Virus record (IMG/VR): IMGVR_UViG_3300035162_000505
DNA length: 64,000 nt
From: an uncultured virus (IMG/VR IMGVR_UViG_3300035162_000505)
Lineage: Duplodnaviria; Heunggongvirae; Uroviricota; Caudoviricetes
Strand: one strand, 5' to 3'
The first letter of the stretch is position 1. Each line of letters starts with the position of its first letter. The translations under genes were made by a program, and so were the position numbers. This document shows, piece after piece, positions 55,394-63,315 of this stretch. The notes beneath the pieces are model-generated. The model was not told the origin of the DNA, made no database searches, and saw nothing but the letters and a program-made list of their open reading frames with translations.

Positions 55394-56101
55394 ATGGCAC
55401 TACCTAAACTAAATGATAAACCAAAGTATGAACTCGTTATACCTTCAACAAAACAGAAAGTAAAATTTAGACCTTATCTTGTAAAGGAAGAAAAGGTTTT
55501 AATGTTGGCAATGGAAAGTCAAGATCAAATACAAATCTTTGAAGCCATTGCTGATACTATTGAAGCCTGTGTTGATGATGATATTGATAAAAATGTATTA
55601 ACCACATTTGACATAGAATATATGTTTGTTAAAATTAGAACGAAGTCAGTAGGAGAAAGTATTAAACTTATACCAAAATGTAGTGAATGTGAAGCAGAAA
55701 ACGAAATTAGTATTGGACTAGACAAAATTATAGTAGACATTCCAGAAGGAAACAATATTATTAAAATAAGTGATGATATCAATATTAAAATGAGGTGGCC
55801 TTCGTTTCTCAGTGTATTAAGTGATGATGTTATAAATGACAAGTCTGAAACTGAACAAACCTTTAAGATGATTAGTAAATGTATTGAATCTGTTATGACC
55901 GAAGATGAGAATATGATGTTTAAAGATGAACCTAAAAAAGATCAAATGGAGTTTATCGAGTCTTTGAATAATGAACAGTTCAATGCAATACGTGAGTTTG
56001 TAGAAAAGATGCCATCGTTAGAACATGATGCTTCTTATAAATGTAATGCTTGTGAACATGATAATGAACTTAAACTAAAAGGAATGAGTGATTTTTTTTA
56101 A
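55394..56101 (+). CDS. gp26: Baseplate hub assembly chaperone gp26
   Basis: MALPKL...PKYEL.IPST...FRPYLVKEEK, FDIEY.F..IR.KSVGE, two CxxC pairs, ends G..DFF. Confidence 0.9.
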   Translation: MALPKLNDKPKYELVIPSTKQKVKFRPYLVKEEKVLMLAMESQDQIQIFEAIADTIEACVDDDIDKNVLTTFDIEYMFVKIRTKSVGESIKLIPKCSECEAENEISIGLDKIIVDIPEGNNIIKISDDINIKMRWPSFLSVLSDDVINDKSETEQTFKMISKCIESVMTEDENMMFKDEPKKDQMEFIESLNNEQFNAIREFVEKMPSLEHDASYKCNACEHDNELKLKGMSDFF

Positions 56102-56292
56102 TATCTCTTTCTCATGATAACCTAGTTAACTACTACCAAGTTAACTTTCAGTTGATGCAGAATCATAATTATTCGTTAGAAGACGTTGAAAATATGATGC
56201 CATGGGAAAGAGAAATCTACCTATCAATGTTGATAGAACAGATTAAAAAACAAAATGAAGATGCTGAAAGGCAAAGGATGAGCAATGGCTGA
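56092..56292 (+). CDS. gp51: gp51-like C-terminal extension, probably reached by -1 frameshift from g26
   Basis: Not in the ORF track. The -1 frame opens right after TGA (56089-56091) and reads FFLISLSHDNLVNYYQVNFQLMQNHNYSLEDVENMMPWEREIY...SNG*. Confidence 0.8.
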   Translation, partial: FFLISLSHDNLVNYYQVNFQLMQNHNYSLEDVENMMPWEREIYLSMLIEQIKKQNEDAERQRMSNG

Positions 56293-57925
56293 AGATACCA
56301 ACTTTAAAGATCTCGTAAAAAGCATGAAAGCTAATACGGAAATGGCAACGCATAATAACGATGCCATTATGGATTTGAATAAAACCTTTTCTGATTATTT
56401 TACTATGTTGTCACGACAGACTAAAGATCAAGAAGAAAATTCTAGAGAGGCCAAAAAATCTACTAGAGTTGCAAAATCATCACCTAAAGATCATTTTGGT
56501 TTAGGTAATAATAGCATGAACTTTCTTGGAGGATTTGCTGGTGTAGGAAAAACTATAGCATTAGTAACCGCTGGAGTTGCCGCTTTCGGTCTTGCCTTTG
56601 CTGGTCTCAGAGGTTGGGAACTACCAGCTTTAAAAGCCCTAGCTAAGTTTGTTAGAGTTCCAGATATTATTTTTAAAGGCATTGAGGCTCTTAGGGCAGG
56701 GGCATTAGCAACGTTTGGATTTTTAAATCCTGTTGTTGCTGATACACGACCTACTGTTAAAATGCCTCTGAGTATGCAGATATCTAGGCAACTTACAAAA
56801 GTAAGAACTGGTTTTTTGAAAGTGTTTGGATTAGGACCAAACGGATTACCTTTTGCAGAAAGAGGGTTTTTTGGAAGAGGTGGTACGATTGCAGGAAAAG
56901 GTGCTATTGCTATCGGAACTATAACTACACAAATAGGAAAGTTACTGAAACCACTTACCGATGTTGGTGTTGGCATTGGTAAATTTATTGGTGGCACAGG
57001 TGCTGATATGTTTGCATCTATCGCAAAATTTGGTGGTAGTGCCGCTGGATGGTTAGGGATAGTAGGAAAAATATTTAAACCCATAGGTATTATATTCTCC
57101 CTTAAAGCCGCTTTCGATAAATTTATGGCAAGTGACAGGGATGGTGTGGGCGCAACTCAAGAAGGCATTGCGGCTTTCTTTAGCGATTTTCTAGGAGCGC
57201 CTTTAGATCTATTAAAAGGTATGGTAGCATGGGTCTTCAATAAAATAGGTTGGGACAGTGCGGCTAATGCTTTAACTAAGTTTTCGATAACAGACGCTCT
57301 TTTTGAATATTTCGACAAAATACTAGCTATTCCAGCCGCAATGTTTAGATTTTTTCTCACTCTGTTTAAATCTCCCAAAGAAGCATTTAAGGGTTTGTTT
57401 GAGGATATTCTTGATATAACAAAACCTTTTAGAGATTTGTTTAAATACTTCCAAGATGCAATAACAGGTTGGGGTAAAAAAATTGGGAATAGTATCAGGG
57501 CGGTTTTTGGATTAGATCCATTAGAAGATGTCGTTTATGAGGGTATAAATCAGAAGCAACTTAATAGTATTGTCGCTTCCGATAATAATAAAGATGGCAT
57601 ACTGTCAAAAGAAGAACTTGATGCCAACGACCCTCGTAGCTTTGGTGGGAAACAGTTGAGGGCGGCTATTGACGCTCTTAGTTCAAATCAATTCAAAATG
57701 TTAGGTGAAGATATATCATACTCAGCCGCACTTTTAGGAGAAGGTCTTTCAGTCAATAAAACTTTATTTCCCGAAATAAACGCCAAAGCCGCTACTCAAT
57801 TCTTAACTTCAACTAATGTTGGCGATACTATTAATGTTCATAAATATCAAGGTCCATCAGTCCCATCAATGTCGGCAGTTGATAGAAGACAACTCAATCA
57901 AATAAAAAATTCCATGATGCAATAA
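56285..57925 (+). CDS. Probable tape measure protein (gp29-like)
   Basis: 546 aa, Gly/Ala/Phe-rich amphipathic helices, directly after g26/g51. Confidence 0.72.
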   Translation: MAEDTNFKDLVKSMKANTEMATHNNDAIMDLNKTFSDYFTMLSRQTKDQEENSREAKKSTRVAKSSPKDHFGLGNNSMNFLGGFAGVGKTIALVTAGVAAFGLAFAGLRGWELPALKALAKFVRVPDIIFKGIEALRAGALATFGFLNPVVADTRPTVKMPLSMQISRQLTKVRTGFLKVFGLGPNGLPFAERGFFGRGGTIAGKGAIAIGTITTQIGKLLKPLTDVGVGIGKFIGGTGADMFASIAKFGGSAAGWLGIVGKIFKPIGIIFSLKAAFDKFMASDRDGVGATQEGIAAFFSDFLGAPLDLLKGMVAWVFNKIGWDSAANALTKFSITDALFEYFDKILAIPAAMFRFFLTLFKSPKEAFKGLFEDILDITKPFRDLFKYFQDAITGWGKKIGNSIRAVFGLDPLEDVVYEGINQKQLNSIVASDNNKDGILSKEELDANDPRSFGGKQLRAAIDALSSNQFKMLGEDISYSAALLGEGLSVNKTLFPEINAKAATQFLTSTNVGDTINVHKYQGPSVPSMSAVDRRQLNQIKNSMMQ

Positions 57926-57955
57926 AAAAAGGATGACCATTTCTGATCATCCTTT
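57924..57955. terminator. Terminator between the convergent tape measure and g32 genes
   Basis: AAAGGATGA...TCATCCTTT hairpin; T7 run on the minus strand and a shorter T run on the plus strand. Confidence 0.8.
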
Positions 57956-57989
57956 CTAAACAGAGGGGAAGGCGAACTTGTGTCTCTGT

Positions 57990-58907
57990 TTAATCCTCTG
58001 CGGCTAGTTTAGCAAAGTACTGCATCGTATCATCTTCTTCCATAGATGACTCTGCCGTTGCCGTAACTGGCGCTGGTGCAGATGTAGTAACAGGTGCCGC
58101 TTTAGTAGTCGGCTCACCCCATGGAATATTATTAGCCAAATCTTCTGCCTGTTTCCTTGTAGAAGGTGAAGACTCTCCAAGAACAATAGCCAAACGGGAT
58201 TTCAACTCATCATAGGACTTATAGTTCTTTGGATCTGTCCACTCAGACATATCGTGTTGCTTGTTGTAGATGGCCTCTAGATCATCGTCTGTGCCAGCCA
58301 TTGCTGATGGTGCCTTGAATGAAGAAGCATCATAGTTAACGTAACCTTCAACCTTACGGATCTTTACTGTAAAGTCAGCACCCTTCCACATATCAAATGG
58401 ATTGATAGGTGCTTCATCAGGAAACTGTGGTTGCATTGTATCCATGATCTTATCAAAGATCTTCTTACCAAAACGATACAACTTAACTTGTCCTTCGTTC
58501 TCAGGGTTAGAAGGATCAGATAGGATCTGAATGTTTGCCATGTAACGTAAGTTACGCTTACGATCACGCACTGTAGACTTAGCCTCATCAGAGCCATCTT
58601 CATTCCACAAACGTGAGTTTGCTTCTGCCAATGGATCAGGCATACCAATAGAAGTAAGAGACTTCTCTACATACCACTGGCCTGTTGGTCCTTTAAAGAA
58701 GTGATCCCAATAGCGAACCCAAGGAGTGGGCGCATCAGCCGACCCCGGAAGGAAACGAATAACAGCATAGCCGTTACCAGCCTTATCTCTGGAAGGTTGC
58801 CACAATCGTTCATCATTACGATTGTCTGTTTTCTGTTCACCGCCTGATGCGGCTTGTACCATAGCCGACAAATCTGTGCGGCGTGTTTTTAGTTCTGCGA
58901 ATGACAT
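57990..58907 (-). CDS. gp32: Single-stranded DNA-binding protein
   Basis: DKAGNGYAVIRFLP, FKGPTGQWYVEKS, FGKKIFDKI, PFD.W.GADF, acidic tail YFAKLAAED. Confidence 0.96.
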   Translation of the reverse strand: MSFAELKTRRTDLSAMVQAASGGEQKTDNRNDERLWQPSRDKAGNGYAVIRFLPGSADAPTPWVRYWDHFFKGPTGQWYVEKSLTSIGMPDPLAEANSRLWNEDGSDEAKSTVRDRKRNLRYMANIQILSDPSNPENEGQVKLYRFGKKIFDKIMDTMQPQFPDEAPINPFDMWKGADFTVKIRKVEGYVNYDASSFKAPSAMAGTDDDLEAIYNKQHDMSEWTDPKNYKSYDELKSRLAIVLGESSPSTRKQAEDLANNIPWGEPTTKAAPVTTSAPAPVTATAESSMEEDDTMQYFAKLAAED

Positions 58908-58965
58908 TTATTATTCCTTTGTATATCAATGTATGTCTTTTGTATTTTGTGTTATCCACCTAATC

Positions 58966-58994
58966 ATTATATAATAGTATTTATGATTCGTCAA
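58966..58994 (-). promoter_or_regulatory. Sigma70-type promoter for g32
   Basis: TTGACG, 17 nt, TATAAT; a CATAAATA late-like box lies in the spacer. Confidence 0.8.
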
Positions 58995-59527
58995 GTCTTG
59001 ATGCCAATCCAAGCAACAAGAACGCTTCTTTCTCCTTTCGTTACTGGTGTTACTTTATGAAACCTATTTGATCTGAAGAAGATTGTCTCCCCAACTTCTA
59101 AAGATGTTTTTATTTCTGTGTCCAGTTCATCATACATTATAAAGTCTCCACCTTCTAAATCATCTGACACTTCTATTATTGTAGAAGTAGAGAAAACTCG
59201 ATTTACTTCATCATCTCCAAGTTGGTCTTTATGTTTTTTAAAATGATCATTCACGCCGTATTTTAAATAATCAAACTGAGTTACCCTATAATCATCAGGA
59301 TCTAGTGTAACATCCCATATGCTAATCATTTTCATAAGGCTGTTACATATATCTGGATAGTGAATAGGCTTTATATTTCTTTTAAGTAGTGTAGATCTTG
59401 CCTCCTTGTCTGTAAGCCGCTTGCCACTCAAATAGAGAGGGGCATCATGCCATCCAGTATCTTCAGATTCCATATCATACAAAGATTGTAGTTCAACATC
59501 TTTTCTTTTTAAATAAAGTTTCTCCAT
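58991..59527 (-). CDS. 2OG-Fe(II) oxygenase (prolyl-4-hydroxylase-like)
   Basis: Y....HFKKHKD, EGGDF, FRSNRFHKVTPVTKGERSVLVAW. Confidence 0.88.
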   Translation of the reverse strand: MEKLYLKRKDVELQSLYDMESEDTGWHDAPLYLSGKRLTDKEARSTLLKRNIKPIHYPDICNSLMKMISIWDVTLDPDDYRVTQFDYLKYGVNDHFKKHKDQLGDDEVNRVFSTSTIIEVSDDLEGGDFIMYDELDTEIKTSLEVGETIFFRSNRFHKVTPVTKGERSVLVAWIGIKT

Positions 59528-59760
59528 TAGTCCACGGGAAGCATCGCTTGCTTTGGTAAATAGTTTAGCACCATTGCTTCTGCTTCAAGCTTATCCTTTA
59601 TTGTTGGGGAGATGAACTTACGCACATCTTCCAGTTCAACCGCAATCTCATCACAGACGTGTATGATTGCATCCATATAAGATGATCTATGATTTTTTAC
59701 TGTTTTTTCTATTAGCAACGTGAACTTTGTTTTTGTCAACATATCTTCTTGTGGTTGCAT
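59527..59760 (-). CDS. gp33: Late transcription co-activator
   Basis: F...IE..V.....SYMDAI..C......E.V...IS..IKDKLEAEA..LNYL. Confidence 0.88.
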   Translation of the reverse strand: MQPQEDMLTKTKFTLLIEKTVKNHRSSYMDAIIHVCDEIAVELEDVRKFISPTIKDKLEAEAMVLNYLPKQAMLPVD

Positions 59761-60214
59761 TATCTTCTTCTTCCATTTCTATGGTGTAAGTACCTATATC
59801 AGGATACCATATACCGACTGTTCTTTTAGGAGTCCCATCAGAATGATATGCCATGCCAACACACTTGTAACTCACCAAGTGTTGTCTCTCAGATCCCCAT
59901 CTACTATCCATGTAGATTCCAGTTCTCAGATAGTTCTGAAGGTTAGCCAAGTAGACCTCTTCGACTGCATATGCTGATTTCTCTTTTACGTCTTTAGAGT
60001 TTTTCCATTTCCTTATAGACTGCATTTTAGCTTTAGTATTATTAATCCATCCTCTTACTCGTGGTGGAGCAAAGGGATCTGTATCAGGTAGGTTTCTGAT
60101 TGATTGATGAATTGAAAGTTGCTTAGAAGGAGCCTTTGATTCTCTAGCCTTTGCTAGACGTTCACGTAACTCTTCACGTTGCTCTTCCGAAAGTTGTCTC
60201 TTTTTTCTAGCCAT
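59687..60214 (-). CDS. Conserved hypothetical basic protein
   Basis: RQLSEEQR....ERLAKARE start; GGAG SD and its own promoter. Confidence 0.75.
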   Translation of the reverse strand: MARKKRQLSEEQREELRERLAKARESKAPSKQLSIHQSIRNLPDTDPFAPPRVRGWINNTKAKMQSIRKWKNSKDVKEKSAYAVEEVYLANLQNYLRTGIYMDSRWGSERQHLVSYKCVGMAYHSDGTPKRTVGIWYPDIGTYTIEMEEEDNATTRRYVDKNKVHVANRKNSKKS

Positions 60215-60234
60215 TACAAAATCTCCATAATAAT

Positions 60235-60263
60235 ATTATACCACAATTATTCAATGTTGTCAA
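60235..60263 (-). promoter_or_regulatory. Consensus sigma70 promoter with extended -10
   Basis: TTGACA, 17 nt ending TGG, TATAAT. Confidence 0.85.
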
Positions 60264-60481
60264 TCTTCATCAAGTTTTATTATTTCTGTATCTCCACTAT
60301 CAAGTGTCTTGTTTTTAATATATCCCTGATCACACAAGTAAATAATAGTCTCTTCTATTATCTCTTCCTTCTTCTTGTTTGACCACACATATCCCATCAT
60401 AAAAGCACACAAGCACAGTAATGATAGTATGACCCACTGTATAGTCTCAGGGTTATCTAAAACATAAGTTAACATATTCAT
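60260..60481 (-). CDS. Small membrane protein
   Basis: One hydrophobic helix followed by EETI..L...GYI. Confidence 0.7.
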   Translation of the reverse strand: MNMLTYVLDNPETIQWVILSLLCLCAFMMGYVWSNKKKEEIIEETIIYLCDQGYIKNKTLDSGDTEIIKLDED

Positions 60482-61217
60482 CTACCTTTTTTAAATCGTT
60501 ACATATTAAAGAGTCAGGACCACCAGTGTTTTTAGAAACTTGTTTCCAGTTTGAAAGTGTTACTAACTTCTTATTATAATGATAGGCTATCTGTTGTCCA
60601 AGACCTTCGTAACCTAAACATAATGTACTATTTCGAATCGTTTCGAAAATATAATCTATTGACATTCTATAATGGACTATTTTCACAGGAATGTCAAGGG
60701 TATTAATATAACTATCTAAAGTATCTTTATTTATAGGCATTTTATCATGCTCTACTGGAGCGAGATTATTCCAAGGTGTCCACACACAAAGATACTTGTG
60801 ATCTAAAGGTTTCAGTTTAGTTCCTAGTTTAGGATATCCTATTTTATCTGCAACCATATTTGCATTCTCTTTACGTAGAAAGTTAGAATACTTATGAGCA
60901 TACTTTTCAAGTTTACATATTTCAACTTCATATTGAATACAATCACTATAGTTATCTAACACATCATAAATGTTTTGTTCATACTCAAAAGCATCAGGCC
61001 AAGCATAATTTTCTTTATCAGAAGATATCACATATTTTATAGAAATATTTTTTTCAGAAATATCTTTTATAGGGCAAAGTCCTAATTCACTCTTATCTCT
61101 AATGGCTTTTGCATAAGACATAGTTCTTATAATATTACTATAACCATAAGATTTTTCGGTGATGATAGTATACCCATCATCACCTTCTTGAAGCTTTATG
61201 TCTTCTTTTAGTCCCAC
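60453..61217 (-). CDS. Putative GT-B-like glycosyltransferase
   Basis: C-terminal ETIRNSTLCLGYEGLGQQIA..YNK resembles GT9-type donor-binding segments; weak. Confidence 0.5.
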   Translation of the reverse strand: MGLKEDIKLQEGDDGYTIITEKSYGYSNIIRTMSYAKAIRDKSELGLCPIKDISEKNISIKYVISSDKENYAWPDAFEYEQNIYDVLDNYSDCIQYEVEICKLEKYAHKYSNFLRKENANMVADKIGYPKLGTKLKPLDHKYLCVWTPWNNLAPVEHDKMPINKDTLDSYINTLDIPVKIVHYRMSIDYIFETIRNSTLCLGYEGLGQQIAYHYNKKLVTLSNWKQVSKNTGGPDSLICNDLKKVDEYVNLCFR

Positions 61218-61420
61218 TCATTATCCCATTTTGTGGTGTAATGCATCACTTCACCGTAGTACTCTTTAGCATATTTAGGGGCATCAGTATAGAAAGGATT
61301 GTAAAGTTCTAACTCCTCATCCTTCTTTTTATTTTGCTGGCGCTTTATACCAGCCTGTTTTCTTTGTTTCAACATTAACGTGTCATGTTGTTTTCTTAGT
61401 TCGTCAACGAATGTATTCAT
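61208..61420 (-). CDS. Hypothetical protein
   Basis: ORF in a tightly packed run; the start is uncertain (61429 or 61420). Confidence 0.6.
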   Translation of the reverse strand: MNTFVDELRKQHDTLMLKQRKQAGIKRQQNKKKDEELELYNPFYTDAPKYAKEYYGEVMHYTTKWDNEWD

Positions 61421-61589
61421 ACCAATCATTATCCTTTAATCGATTCTTGAAGAGTATACACTCTTCACTACTTAATGTCAACTCAGTCTTCTTACTTTTG
61501 TTGGCAAACTCACGTAGGGTAAACATACCCATTCCATTACTTACAAGGCTATATTGCTTGCCTTCCTGTTTATCATTTTTAAAGATCAA
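61404..61589 (-). CDS. Hypothetical protein
   Basis: TTG start overlapping the upstream TGA; AAGGTG SD. Confidence 0.55.
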   Translation of the reverse strand: MIFKNDKQEGKQYSLVSNGMGMFTLREFANKSKKTELTLSSEECILFKNRLKDNDWYEYIR

Positions 61590-61690
61590 CTTAACTTCAC
61601 CTTTGGCTTTGGCTTATCTTTAGACATAGATCCTGTCTTCACAACGCCAGACCTTTTGATCCTATTGATAAGCCTTTTGATATCCTTCAT
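61586..61690 (-). CDS. Small basic peptide (34 aa)
   Basis: Read by hand: MKDIKRLINRIKRSGVVKTGSMSKDKPKPKVKLS*, with ATGA and TTGA overlaps to both neighbours. Confidence 0.55.
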   Translation of the reverse strand: MKDIKRLINRIKRSGVVKTGSMSKDKPKPKVKLS

Positions 61691-62013
61691 GCCACGGCCT
61701 TGAAGCCGTGGTTAGCAACAACAAACTTATTGCCGTTGAATGAGTCAATGATAATATCACCAACAGATACAGAACTCATCCGATCTAAACGAGAGATCTT
61801 ATCCTCAGGACCGATGTTACCGATTTCAAAAACATCGTGTAAGCTCTCACCACTGATATTAGCAACGTGGTTGTATAGACCTTCATCAAAGGCACCCTTC
61901 GCTATATCAGCGATGTTATCGCCACGAAAGTCCATCATCATAGATCTTTTGGTATCTAATGTAGCCTCGCTACTTGAGTTACTTAGATGCATTTGGTGTA
62001 GTGCGTATTTCAT
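61687..62013 (-). CDS. Early protein with a YodL-like motif
   Basis: L..VFEIGN...RMSSVSVGDII....FVV...GF pattern; own sigma70 promoter. Confidence 0.65.
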   Translation of the reverse strand: MKYALHQMHLSNSSSEATLDTKRSMMMDFRGDNIADIAKGAFDEGLYNHVANISGESLHDVFEIGNIGPEDKISRLDRMSSVSVGDIIIDSFNGNKFVVANHGFKAVA

Positions 62014-62043
62014 ATCGAATCACTTTCTTTATTACCTACTACC

Positions 62044-62072
62044 TTTATAGTATAAATAGAGGTGAATGTCAA
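62044..62072 (-). promoter_or_regulatory. Sigma70-type early promoter
   Basis: TTGACA (62072-62067), 17 nt, TATAAA (62049-62044). Confidence 0.72.
62051..62058 (+). promoter_or_regulatory. T4 late promoter for the GT25-like gene
   Basis: TATAAATA nested inside the spacer of the opposite-strand sigma70 promoter. Confidence 0.72.
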
Positions 62073-62090
62073 CCCTTGTGAGAGAAATAA

Positions 62091-62738
62091 ATGAAAAATT
62101 TTAAAACTATAATGATAAGAGTTAAAGATAATTATTTATCAGATCAATATGCAGAGCATTGCTCTAAATCTTGGAATGACTTTGATTTAAAATATTTTGA
62201 TGCTATCACGCCAAACAATCTCTCCCAGCAATCAGGATTAACTTTTGGTAAAAGAGGAAACGGTGCAGAACTTACTGATACTGAGAAGGCTTGTTTTTAT
62301 AGCCAATATCATCTTTGGAAAAAATGTGCGTTTGAGAGAGTTCCTATTTTAATTTTAGAACATGACGCATGGTTACAAAGGCCAGAATTTATAACCTATA
62401 ATCCAAGTTTATTCGTTCAGTTTTTTGGGCAACACGCTATGGAAGCAGTGATGTTTCATCCACAGTTCTGTGACAGAATATTAGATCACGTATCAAAGAA
62501 TCCTGTTAGTGGACCAATGAATTTAGTTGATGGCTTGCTGGGCTACTTTAATAGAGGAGAGCAAAGTAGGTATGGATTACCTCATTCTAGATATATGGGG
62601 AAGTTGGCACCAGTACATTCTGTAGTAGATCCTGTTTTAGGAACCACTGTTACTCATCCATCTGGAACAACTGTTGATAGATTAGAAAAAGATGCGGATT
62701 TGTTTAGATTGGTATCCCTTAAAAATAATAACCAATAG
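62091..62738 (+). CDS. Glycosyltransferase family 25-like
   Basis: FDAITP, LT..EKACFYSQY.LWKKC....PILILEHDA. Confidence 0.75.
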   Translation: MKNFKTIMIRVKDNYLSDQYAEHCSKSWNDFDLKYFDAITPNNLSQQSGLTFGKRGNGAELTDTEKACFYSQYHLWKKCAFERVPILILEHDAWLQRPEFITYNPSLFVQFFGQHAMEAVMFHPQFCDRILDHVSKNPVSGPMNLVDGLLGYFNRGEQSRYGLPHSRYMGKLAPVHSVVDPVLGTTVTHPSGTTVDRLEKDADLFRLVSLKNNNQ

Positions 62739-63315
62739 CCATAAATCTTGTATAGTTATCTAGTTTTTTGTTACCCTTATAAAGTATGTTAGTTAAATTA
62801 TTCTGTTTAGCTAATTGTTTTTCACTATCGACACAGTTTATATGCTGATCTTTTATATCTCTATAGTTATTTGATTGTAGAGCATACGTAGGTCCAAACA
62901 CCGCTGGTATATCTTTCATGTGTTCGCAACTAGTATTGATTATCAAATCATAAGATTGGTGATCAGAAAACTTTGTAGCGTCCATAGTGATACTACTATA
63001 GTTTTTAAATAAATTGTTTACATTAAAGTAAAGATCTCTGTCTCTGTGACAATCTGGATTACTATCTAAAAAGTCAAAGTGCTCAACGTCACAGTGTGTG
63101 GACATAAGTTCATACAAGAGTAAAGAGTTCCAACTCCCCAATACAAGAACTTTCTTCCAGTTCATATTAACATTGGCTATCTCTTGCACTAGCCAAGACT
63201 TACATTCTATTTGTTTAGGTCTGAAACTCTCTAATAATTTTTTTGCGCTTGTTTTATTTTTTTGCATAGCAAAACCTGTTTCAGCCACTCTACCTAAAAC
63301 TTTTTCATCTATCAT
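62719..63315 (-). CDS. SAM-dependent methyltransferase-like protein
   Basis: Q..CKSWL, KVLVLGSW, acidic LD, DLIINTSCEHM, LQSNNY, RFMAIG. Confidence 0.72.
   Translation of the reverse strand: MIDEKVLGRVAETGFAMQKNKTSAKKLLESFRPKQIECKSWLVQEIANVNMNWKKVLVLGSWNSLLLYELMSTHCDVEHFDFLDSNPDCHRDRDLYFNVNNLFKNYSSITMDATKFSDHQSYDLIINTSCEHMKDIPAVFGPTYALQSNNYRDIKDQHINCVDSEKQLAKQNNLTNILYKGNKKLDNYTRFMAIGYYF

Noticed and set aside
56491..57084. 197-aa minus-strand Pro-rich ORF
   Set aside because: Mirror of Gly-rich tape measure codons; no expression signals.
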